Source: a virus
Direction: 5' to 3' (one strand)
IMG/VR virus record: IMGVR_UViG_3300047546_001437
Span: 8,667-72,666 of that record
DNA length: 64,000 bases
A program made the position numbers and the translations under genes. The notes under the pieces were generated by a model. That model ran no database searches and was not told the DNA's origin. It saw nothing but the letters and a program-made list of their open reading frames with translations. This document shows, piece by piece, positions 56,784-64,000 of the stretch. Every line of letters begins with the position of its first letter. Position 1 is the stretch's first letter.

Positions 56784-57093
56784 TGACCTAGCAGAAGAAA
56801 TACATAAAAATGCAGTAGACAAAGGATTTTGGGATAGAACCGTAGATCCCATTTTTATAGCAAAACAGATGATGATGATTGTTTCAGAGGTATCTGAGGC
56901 CATGGAGGCACTTCGTAAAGATATGGATCCAGATCAGATATCAGATGAGTTTGCAGATATTATTATTCGTACTTTAGATCTTTATGCTGGTATTGCAGAA
57001 GCAGGGTACGTAAAGAAATCTCTTGATTATGCTATTAAAGAAAAAATGGAAAGAAATTCACATAGACCAAAGAAGCATGGAGTAAGATTCTAA
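56776..57093 (+). CDS. MazG-like NTP pyrophosphohydrolase
   Basis: 'SEVSEAMEA...DEFADIIIR..D' EXXE...EXXD motif; 'KME.N..RP'. Confidence 0.75.
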   Translation: MFDDLAEEIHKNAVDKGFWDRTVDPIFIAKQMMMIVSEVSEAMEALRKDMDPDQISDEFADIIIRTLDLYAGIAEAGYVKKSLDYAIKEKMERNSHRPKKHGVRF

Positions 57094-58106
57094 TGACAAT
57101 AACAGTAGAAGATGTATTAGCACAACTAAACCCAAAATTGCGTAAGGGTGTGATGATTGGTGACACAGTGCCAGAAACTCAGTATGCAGCAACACCAAGT
57201 TATGGACTAAATCGTGCATTAAATGGGGGACTTCCATATGGCAGACAAGTTCTTATTTGGGGATCTAAGTCATCTGCGAAGTCCTCACTATGCTTACAGA
57301 TGATTGCAGAAGCACAAAAAGAAGGAAAAATCTGTGCTTGGATTGACGCAGAAATGTCATATGATAAAGAGTGGGCAACAAAACTTGGAGTAGATACGTC
57401 TAAGTTAATTGTTACACAAACAAGGACCATCAATGAGATGGTTGATGTTGGGGTGCAGTTGATGGAGGCTGGAGTAGATTTAATTGTCGTCGACTCTATT
57501 ACATCCTTATTGCCTGCAATTTATTTTGAAAAAGATTCTGATGAATTAAAACAACTTGAAAACACAAAGCAAATTGGTGCAGAGTCTAGAGATTTTAGTA
57601 ATGCTTGGAAGATGCTTAACTATGCAAATAATAAAGTTAAGCCAACACTACTTGTACTTATTAGTCAATCTCGTAATAACATTAGTGCTATGTATACAAG
57701 TCAGCAACCAACGGGTGGTCAAGCCACCAAGTTTTATTCGTCTACTGTGATTAAACTATTCTCGTCTGAGTCAGATAATCAGGCTATTAAAGGTAAAATT
57801 AATGTAGCAGATAAATTGATTGAAGAAAAAATTGGTAGAAAAGTTAGATGGGAACTTCAGTTTTCTAAAACATCTCCTGCGTTTCAAAGTGGTGAATATG
57901 ATTTTTATTTTAGAGGAGATCATGTTGGTATAGACACTATAGGAGATTTGGTCGATACAGCAGAACTTATGGGTATTGTAGAAAGAACTGGAGCATGGTA
58001 TGTTCTTCCAGATGGAACAAAGGTTCAGGGAAGAGAAGGTTTTATTAATAGAGTAAGAGAGGACCTTGATCTTCAAGATATGATTAAGAGTAAAGTACGT
58101 GAATAA
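57093..58106 (+). CDS. recA: RecA/UvsX-like recombinase
   Basis: 'GGLPYGR', P-loop 'GSKSSAKS', 'WIDAE', 'IVVDS', 'PTGG.A.KFYSS', 'GAWY', 'QGRE'. Confidence 0.9.
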   Translation: MTITVEDVLAQLNPKLRKGVMIGDTVPETQYAATPSYGLNRALNGGLPYGRQVLIWGSKSSAKSSLCLQMIAEAQKEGKICAWIDAEMSYDKEWATKLGVDTSKLIVTQTRTINEMVDVGVQLMEAGVDLIVVDSITSLLPAIYFEKDSDELKQLENTKQIGAESRDFSNAWKMLNYANNKVKPTLLVLISQSRNNISAMYTSQQPTGGQATKFYSSTVIKLFSSESDNQAIKGKINVADKLIEEKIGRKVRWELQFSKTSPAFQSGEYDFYFRGDHVGIDTIGDLVDTAELMGIVERTGAWYVLPDGTKVQGREGFINRVREDLDLQDMIKSKVRE

Positions 58107-58290
58107 GTACTCAGTTTATCCTGGCAAGTTTCCATGTAAAGTCTGTAGAGAAGAAGTAAAGAGCATTAGAATTTATGCAGCAACTGGAATGGGGTCTTGG
58201 ATGTGCTCAAAGAAACATCTATCTGAGGTCCATGTTTTTCAGGTTGGATATAAAAAGAAAAAGGATTATGACAGAAAAGAACGAGAGTAA
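58099..58290 (+). CDS. Small Zn-finger protein
   Basis: CKVC...WMC..KH. Confidence 0.55.
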   Translation: MNKYSVYPGKFPCKVCREEVKSIRIYAATGMGSWMCSKKHLSEVHVFQVGYKKKKDYDRKERE

Positions 58291-58564
58291 AAGAATAGGT
58301 GCTAGACAGCATAAAAATTCTGGTAGAAATACCAAAAAAGGCGATGCCACTTGGGAAAATTTTACTGTAGACTTTAAAGAATCTTCTAAATCATTTACAT
58401 TAAATAAAGATGTTTGGGCCAAAGCGGTTACGGATTCTATAAAAAATAATAATGACCCAGCAATTGTTGTTATTTTGGGAGAGGGTAATCAAAAGGTCAG
58501 GCTTGCTATAATAGAGTTTGCAATACTAGAAGAAATGGTGAATAATGGAAAAGACAGAGAATAA
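58268..58564 (+). CDS. PD-(D/E)xK nuclease, Holliday-junction-resolvase-like
   Basis: 'E..E.....A...NSG....KGD......D.K' pattern; ATG 58268 after AAGGA. Confidence 0.6.
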   Translation: MTEKNESKRIGARQHKNSGRNTKKGDATWENFTVDFKESSKSFTLNKDVWAKAVTDSIKNNNDPAIVVILGEGNQKVRLAIIEFAILEEMVNNGKDRE

Positions 58565-58859
58565 TAAAACTACGCTAGAAATGATAAATGGATTATCTGA
58601 AATAGCAGATTATATGCAGGACGAAGACTTAAATACTGCCCTAACATTTATTGCTAAGGTTATCATAAAGCCAGATATACCAATGAATGTTGCCACACTA
58701 GAAATAGTCAGGTTGCAGGCCATTGCAGCAAAGATGGCGTTTAAGGCAACATGGATGGCTAATGTAGACAAGTCAGACAGAGGAAAGAAGAATATTTATT
58801 ACACAGCAGCAGAGTCAATAAACAACCTTGTATCTGCTCTCAAGTATATTACTCGATGA
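58545..58859 (+). CDS. Helical hypothetical protein (possible recombination mediator)
   Basis: Context only. Confidence 0.55.
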   Translation: MEKTENNKTTLEMINGLSEIADYMQDEDLNTALTFIAKVIIKPDIPMNVATLEIVRLQAIAAKMAFKATWMANVDKSDRGKKNIYYTAAESINNLVSALKYITR

Positions 58860-58863
58860 GTAA

Positions 58864-58872
58864 TGGTATAAT
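58864..58872 (+). promoter_or_regulatory. Extended -10 promoter (TGGTATAAT)
   Basis: Upstream of ATG 58894. Confidence 0.65.
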
Positions 58873-58893
58873 TATATAGAACAAGGGAAATTT

Positions 58894-59754
58894 ATGACAA
58901 AAAATTTATTAAAGCAAGTTATGATCAAGGACACAAAAAAGAAATCAGAGCCCATAAAGGCAGATAATTCTTTTATTGATGGACTTATAGAAACAATACA
59001 GTCTGGCTATACAATTAAAATAAAACCAAAATTTACAAAAAAGCAGGCCTTCAGTCCATCTACTCTTACATATGGTGCTGGAGAATGTCCTAGATTTTGG
59101 TACCTAGCATTTGACGGAGCAAACTGGTTTGATAATGCTGACGCCTATGGTGTTGCAAACAGAACTTCTGGAACACTTAGCCATGATAGAATTCAAGATG
59201 CCATACTTGATGCTGGAATATTAGATGAAAGTATGGAGTTTGATAAAGAGCCAAATAAATATAAAAAGCAAAAACATCCAGCAATGGAGTTTAGAATAAC
59301 ATATGACGATCCACCAATCTCAGGATATGGTGATGTAATGTTAGACTATAATAACAATAAAATCTTGGGTGAAATTAAAACAATGCCCAACGAAGGCTTT
59401 GAGTATAAAAAGGCAAGTAGAAAACCAAAATCTGGTCACCTTATGCAACTTCTTATGTATATGAAAATAAAGAAGATGGATAAGGGTGTTTTGATTTATG
59501 AAAATAAAAACAATCATGAGTTATTAACATTACCAGTATTAGTTAGCGATCATTATCGTCGGTGGGTAGATCAGGCGTTTGATTGGATGAGAACTGTGAG
59601 AAAGGCCTGGGAAGACAGGACTTTACCAGAAAAGACATACAGAGCAAATTCAAGAATTTGTAAAGCATGTCCAATCCAAAAAGCATGTGCTGAAGCAGGA
59701 ACAGGGGTAATCAAAATTAAACCTCTGGAGTTGCTAGAAGATGAAGCATTGTAA
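58894..59754 (+). CDS. cas4: Cas4-like exonuclease (PD-(D/E)xK with Fe-S Cys)
   Basis: 'CPR..Y', 'GT..H', 'G..D', 'EIKT', 'QL..Y', 'CKACP....C'. Confidence 0.75.
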   Translation: MTKNLLKQVMIKDTKKKSEPIKADNSFIDGLIETIQSGYTIKIKPKFTKKQAFSPSTLTYGAGECPRFWYLAFDGANWFDNADAYGVANRTSGTLSHDRIQDAILDAGILDESMEFDKEPNKYKKQKHPAMEFRITYDDPPISGYGDVMLDYNNNKILGEIKTMPNEGFEYKKASRKPKSGHLMQLLMYMKIKKMDKGVLIYENKNNHELLTLPVLVSDHYRRWVDQAFDWMRTVRKAWEDRTLPEKTYRANSRICKACPIQKACAEAGTGVIKIKPLELLEDEAL

Positions 59755-60025
59755 TTGGTGTGACAATGAATTTGTAACAACAATAAGTTATCAAATATAC
59801 TGCTCTACTAAATGTAGGGATGAAGCAACAAAACAAAAGATTGCTACAAGGTATATGATTACTAGAAGACAAAAAAGAAAAGGCAAAGATAGAAGATGTA
59901 AATCTTGTAAAAAGATTTTATCTATTTATAATGATGACTTATTGTGTGGTCTTTGCCAAGTAAATCCCAGAGATGTTGACAAGGCACTAAAAGATATTAA
60001 AGGCAGGATGAATGGAAAGCAATAG
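59741..60025 (+). CDS. Zn-finger protein
   Basis: CxxC...YCS..C and CxxC...CxxC. Confidence 0.65.
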   Translation: MKHCNWCDNEFVTTISYQIYCSTKCRDEATKQKIATRYMITRRQKRKGKDRRCKSCKKILSIYNDDLLCGLCQVNPRDVDKALKDIKGRMNGKQ

Positions 60026-60590
60026 CCCAAAAATTATTTGTTCTATAGATGCAAGTACAAATAGCCTTGCCTTTGCTCTTTTTGATACCGAAGAAAAAAC
60101 ATTAGGAGTTGTTGGAAAAATCAACTTTAGTGGAAATGATACTTATAAAAAAGTTATGGATGCTGGTCAAAAGGTTAGGGCATTTTTTGACTACTACGGC
60201 GGATTTGAAGCAATCGTAATTGAGCATACAGTATTTATGAATAGCCCAAAAACTGCTGCTGATCTAGCATTGGTACAAGGTGCTATCCTTGGTGCTGCTG
60301 GTCAGTCTGGTACCAAAATTATAGGCAAGGTATCTCCAATAACGTGGCAAAATTTTATTGGAAATAAAAAGTTGACTAAAGAAGAGCAATTGCTAATAAG
60401 AAGTCATAATCCTGGAAAATCTGATTCTTGGTATAAGTCTTACGAAAGATCTTTCAGAAAACAAAGAACAATCAATTTTATTAATCTAAACTATGATAGA
60501 AAAATTGATGATAATGATGTTGCAGATGCCTGTGGAATTGGCCACTGGGCAATGCATAACTGGAATAAGGCTATAGGGGTTGACAAATAG
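60012..60590 (+). CDS. ruvC: RuvC-like Holliday junction resolvase
   Basis: 'SIDAST', 'IVIE', 'P..W', 'DDNDVADA.GI'. Confidence 0.75.
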   Translation: MESNSPKIICSIDASTNSLAFALFDTEEKTLGVVGKINFSGNDTYKKVMDAGQKVRAFFDYYGGFEAIVIEHTVFMNSPKTAADLALVQGAILGAAGQSGTKIIGKVSPITWQNFIGNKKLTKEEQLLIRSHNPGKSDSWYKSYERSFRKQRTINFINLNYDRKIDDNDVADACGIGHWAMHNWNKAIGVDK

Positions 60591-60594
60591 GGCT

Positions 60595-60750
60595 ATGGGT
60601 GCTAAACTATATACAAGCGAGGCTTGGCTCCGTAAAAGGTACCTTATGGACAAAAAGTCTCCACAAGACATAGCCAAAGAGTGCGGGGCAAGTGTAGAGA
60701 CCATCTACGTATATCTTGCAAAGTTTGGACTAAGGAGGTCAAAAAGATGA
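60595..60750 (+). CDS. 51-aa HTH protein (MGAKLYTSEAWLRKRYLMDKKSPQDIAKECGASVETIYVYLAKFGLRRSKR), missed by ORF track
   Basis: 'SPQDIAKECGASVETIY.YL.KFGL' HTH; ATGA overlap with next gene. Confidence 0.75.
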   Translation: MGAKLYTSEAWLRKRYLMDKKSPQDIAKECGASVETIYVYLAKFGLRRSKR

Positions 60751-60896
60751 GTACTATAAAAAAATTATTAGCAGTGCTAACTATTTTTGGTGCATTTGGA
60801 ATAGTTTATGCCCTGTATGCATTAAAGACTATACCAGATACATTTGAGTTTGATATAGATGAAATGGAGCGACGTGACTATGACAGAGAAATTTAA
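60747..60896 (+). CDS. Small membrane protein
   Basis: SD AAGGAGG; MSTIKK followed by a hydrophobic helix; start corrected from 60681. Confidence 0.6.
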   Translation: MSTIKKLLAVLTIFGAFGIVYALYALKTIPDTFEFDIDEMERRDYDREI

Positions 60897-61125
60897 TATT
60901 ACAGTTGATCAAGTTAATCATCCAGAACATTATACAAGCGATCCGTCTGGTGTAGAGTGTATACAGATTACTCGTCATAGAAATTTTAACATTGGAAATG
61001 CCTTTAAGTATTTATGGAGGGCAGGACTAAAAAATGAAAAAACCCATATTGAAGATTTAAAAAAGGCAATCTTTTATATACAGGATGAAATTAAAAGACT
61101 AGAGGGGAATTATGACAAGCCCTGA
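60880..61125 (+). CDS. DUF3310 (SaV-like) protein
   Basis: 'DQVNHPEHY', 'ECI', 'GNAFKYLWRAG.K', 'EDLKKA.FY'. Confidence 0.8.
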   Translation: MTEKFNITVDQVNHPEHYTSDPSGVECIQITRHRNFNIGNAFKYLWRAGLKNEKTHIEDLKKAIFYIQDEIKRLEGNYDKP

Positions 61126-61651
61126 AGAGGATTTAGTAAAACATTTAGATCAGGTAAACCTTGTTGTTGGAGAATATCTAAAAGGAAATGATCCAACACA
61201 AATTTCCAAAGAGTTAGCAATACCAAGGCAAACCGTTGTAGGTTATATCAATGAATGGAAAGTCATGGCATCTGCCAATGATGCTATTCGTGCTCGTGCT
61301 AAAGAAGCACTTGCTGCAGCAGATACACACTACAGCAAACTTATATCTAAATCATATGAAGTTATAGATGAAGCATCGATGACAAATAATCTTGGTGCCA
61401 AAACTGCTGCAATTAAATTAGTTATGGATATTGAGTCTAAGAGAATTGATATGTTGCAAAAGGCTGGGCTACTAGAAAATAAAGAACTAGCAGAGGAAAT
61501 GGTTCAGATTGAAAGAAGACAAGAAGTTCTTATGGGAATACTTAGAGACATAGCATCTGAATATCCACAAATTCGTGATGAAATTATGAGAAGGCTGTCT
61601 GATATTGCAAAAGACAATGAGGTTATAACAATTGTCCACGATGTTCGATGA
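61112..61651 (+). CDS. Terminase small subunit (putative; N-terminal HTH + helical)
   Basis: 'YLKG..PTQISKELAIPR..V' HTH; directly upstream of TerL. Confidence 0.55.
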   Translation: MTSPEEDLVKHLDQVNLVVGEYLKGNDPTQISKELAIPRQTVVGYINEWKVMASANDAIRARAKEALAAADTHYSKLISKSYEVIDEASMTNNLGAKTAAIKLVMDIESKRIDMLQKAGLLENKELAEEMVQIERRQEVLMGILRDIASEYPQIRDEIMRRLSDIAKDNEVITIVHDVR

Positions 61652-63416
61652 CTTTTTAGAAGCATTAAAAGATGATCATTTTGCTGAAAAACCAGTAGAT
61701 GTAAAAACCTTCGTTGAATCAGCAGATTTTTTGGGGCAGCCGAAACTTTCAACTATTCAATATGATATTGTCGAAGCAATGAGCCAAATATACAAAAAAG
61801 AAGATTTGCAAAATCTTTTTGGTGAACAAGATGGGTCCAAACATTATGATAAGTATACAAAAAATGAAATCATACTTCAACTAGGAAAAGGTAGTGGAAA
61901 AGATCATACATCCACAGTAGCCTGTGCATATGTTGTTTATAAGTTGTTGTGCCTAAAAGATCCAGCACGGTATTTTGGTAAGCCACCAGGAGATGCTATA
62001 GATATTATCAATGTTGCTATTAACGCACAACAGGCTAAGAATGTTTTCTTTAAAGGCTTCAAAACAAAGATTGAGAAATCTCCTTGGTTTGCTGGCAAGT
62101 TTAATGCTAAAGCAGATTCTATTGAATTCGATAAATCAATTACAGTTTATTCTGGACACTCAGAAAGAGAGTCTCACGAAGGTTTAAACTTAATGATGGC
62201 AGTTCTTGATGAGATTTCTGGTTTTGCTCAGGAAATCGGTACTGGAAATGATCAAGGGAAGACTGCAGACAATATATATAAAGCCTTTCGTGCATCAGTA
62301 GATTCTCGTTTTCCAGATCTTGGGAAGGTAGTTCTTTTATCATTTCCTAGATATCAAGGAGACTTTATTTCAAAAAGATATGACGAAGTTGTTGTAGATA
62401 AAGATGTTTTACAAAAAAGTCATACGTTTATAATTGATCCATTACAAAGTGAAAACAATCCAGATAACCAACTTCAAATTACTTGGGAAGAAGACCATAT
62501 TAAATCTTACAGGTATCCTGGCGTTTTTGCATTAAAAAGACCTACGTGGGAAGTTAATCCAACTAGAAAAATTGATGATTTTAAAATTGCATTTTTAACA
62601 GATCTTGGAGATGCAATGCAAAGATTTGCTTGTGTTCCAACCTACTCATCTGATGCTTTTTTTAAGCAAACAGAAAAGGTAAGAAACTGTATGAGCATAA
62701 GAAATCCTCTCGACAATTTTAAAAGATTTGAAGAAAGTTTTAAGCCAGATCCAGATAAAACATACTTTGTGCATGCAGATCTTGCACAAAAGCATGACAA
62801 GTGTGCCGTAGCAATTGCTCATGTCGATAAGTGGGTTAATGTTCAGGTAATTAAAGACTATCAGCAAATATCTCCGATAGTTATTGTAGATGCAGTAGCC
62901 TGGTGGGAGCCAAAGGTAGAAGGTCCAGTAAACCTGTCAGAAGTAAAACAATGGATTCAAAACCTTAGAAGGCTTGGCTTTAATATAGGAATGGTCTCAT
63001 TTGACCGTTGGCAATCTTTTGATATACAAAATGAATTAAGAGCGGTAGGCATGAGAACAGAAACGGTATCAGTAGCAAAAAAACATTATGAGGATATGGC
63101 CATGCTTGTATATGAAGAAAGACTTATAATGCCATCAATTGACCTGCTTTTTGAAGAATTAACAGAACTAAAGATTATGAAAAATGATAGGGTTGACCAT
63201 CCAAGAAAAAAATCTAAAGATCTTGCAGACGCTGTGTGTGGCGCTGTTTTTGGTGCTATATCGCACACCCCTAAAGATCAAAACCTTGAAGTAGAGATTC
63301 ATACTTTTAGAGACAAGCCACGTAGAGTTGACACGCTCCCAGAGAACGTGATACAATATAATCCTAGTCAAATAGAAGCAATAAATGACTATTTGGATAG
63401 GCTAAAAACAATATAA
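61641..63416 (+). CDS. terL: Terminase large subunit
   Basis: Walker A 'LGKGSGKD', Walker B 'AVLDE', nuclease 'HADLA', 'FDRW', 'DHP...SKDLADA'. Confidence 0.9.
   Translation: MFDDFLEALKDDHFAEKPVDVKTFVESADFLGQPKLSTIQYDIVEAMSQIYKKEDLQNLFGEQDGSKHYDKYTKNEIILQLGKGSGKDHTSTVACAYVVYKLLCLKDPARYFGKPPGDAIDIINVAINAQQAKNVFFKGFKTKIEKSPWFAGKFNAKADSIEFDKSITVYSGHSERESHEGLNLMMAVLDEISGFAQEIGTGNDQGKTADNIYKAFRASVDSRFPDLGKVVLLSFPRYQGDFISKRYDEVVVDKDVLQKSHTFIIDPLQSENNPDNQLQITWEEDHIKSYRYPGVFALKRPTWEVNPTRKIDDFKIAFLTDLGDAMQRFACVPTYSSDAFFKQTEKVRNCMSIRNPLDNFKRFEESFKPDPDKTYFVHADLAQKHDKCAVAIAHVDKWVNVQVIKDYQQISPIVIVDAVAWWEPKVEGPVNLSEVKQWIQNLRRLGFNIGMVSFDRWQSFDIQNELRAVGMRTETVSVAKKHYEDMAMLVYEERLIMPSIDLLFEELTELKIMKNDRVDHPRKKSKDLADAVCGAVFGAISHTPKDQNLEVEIHTFRDKPRRVDTLPENVIQYNPSQIEAINDYLDRLKTI
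63328..63357 (+). promoter_or_regulatory. Sigma-A-type promoter TTGACA-N18-TACAAT (TG extended), inside terL 3' end
   Basis: Upstream of SD AAGGAG and ATG 63443. Confidence 0.65.
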
Positions 63417-63442
63417 ATCAAATGAATAATAAAAGGAGAAAA

Positions 63443-64000
63443 ATGAATTCATTTAAGAAGATCGCTCTAGCCTTGGTTGCAGCCATGTCTTTGAGCACAC
63501 TCGTAGTGACACCTGCAAGTGCCAATACCGTTTCTGTAGACGTAACAACAGAAATTTCTGGCGCAGGTACTGCAGCCTCACCATTTACAGTTAAGGTTCC
63601 ATCTGACAACGTAGTAAGCGTTGCAGATACCACAACTGCTACAAATAACGAAGCACTTCTTATCACCGCTACAGTTGTTGCTGGAACACCAGTAACATTT
63701 ACTGCAGTTGGTGCTAACACACGCCTCGTCTCTGCAATTGGTTCAACAGTTAATGCATCTGCTGGATCCTCATCAATCACAGTCACACCTGCTTCAACAA
63801 CAGCGACTGTCTATGCATATACAACAAGTACTGCTGCATCTGCTGTTACAGTTTCTGTAACTGGTGCAAGCACAACAATTTATCTTAAGGGTGTTGCAGG
63901 TCCTGCATATGAACTTAAGATGTCAATCCCTGCTTCAGGAAATATTTCTGGCAAGGTAACTGCAACTCTTGATGTAGCAGATATTTTCGGCAACGCTGTT
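63443..64000 (+). CDS. Secreted Ala/Thr/Val-rich Ig-like surface protein (host-like), truncated by window end
   Basis: SD AAGGAG; signal peptide 'MNSFKKIALALVAAMSLSTLVVTPASA'; open to the end of the window; absent from ORF track because it has no stop. Confidence 0.75.
   Translation, partial: MNSFKKIALALVAAMSLSTLVVTPASANTVSVDVTTEISGAGTAASPFTVKVPSDNVVSVADTTTATNNEALLITATVVAGTPVTFTAVGANTRLVSAIGSTVNASAGSSSITVTPASTTATVYAYTTSTAASAVTVSVTGASTTIYLKGVAGPAYELKMSIPASGNISGKVTATLDVADIFGNAV

Noticed and set aside
58894-59754. CRISPR-Cas system implied by cas4
   Set aside because: No cas1/cas2, effector genes or array; context is recombination
50397-63416. Inteins or introns in helicase, DnaE, RecA or TerL (also nrdJ)
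   Set aside because: Lengths are typical, motifs are contiguous and no Hint blocks or frame breaks were seen
63418-63786. Minus-strand 122-aa ORF in the track
   Set aside because: Shadow of the + strand signal-peptide gene starting at 63443, which has a promoter and SD
1-64000. Stop-codon reassignment, tRNA or rRNA genes, integrase or transposase
   Set aside because: Genes tile densely under code 11 with TAA, TAG and TGA all used as stops; intergenic gaps are short and show no cloverleaf; no recombinase motifs recognised

Overview
A 64-kb, AT-rich segment of a large tailed dsDNA phage (siphovirus-type: tail tube, ~2,700-aa tape measure, no sheath). Almost all genes are on the + strand. Host is inferred to be a low-GC freshwater Actinobacterium (acI/Nanopelagicales-like), from leaderless TGnTATAAT promoters, a signal-peptide SLT lysozyme and an 'MNSFKKIALA...' surface protein. 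Order: tail-fibre/accessory virion genes (1-13.1 kb); an accessory operon (13.1-17.9 kb); class II RNR; head genes (portal, protease/scaffold, MCP); neck/tail genes; replication/recombination genes (DnaB, primase, SSB, DnaE, MazG-like, RecA, Cas4-like, resolvases); terminase. The best candidate for an undescribed system is a pair of 'low-complexity virion appendage + dedicated tailoring enzymes' cassettes. (i) A PASTA-like / 22x Phe-x-His repeat / C-terminal Hint protein is co-transcribed with three DUF6065-like proteins, a 2OG-Fe(II) oxygenase-like protein and a 3Fe-4S-type ferredoxin. (ii) A Thr-rich, Cys-studded mucin-like fibre protein is followed by a GT60-like GlcNAc transferase. Both cassettes directly follow the same tail-fibre domain. 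Also notable: tail chaperones G and GT appear to be duplicated genes rather than a frameshift, a nested scaffold start in the protease gene, and two promoter classes. All family calls are by eye from motifs; no searches were run.
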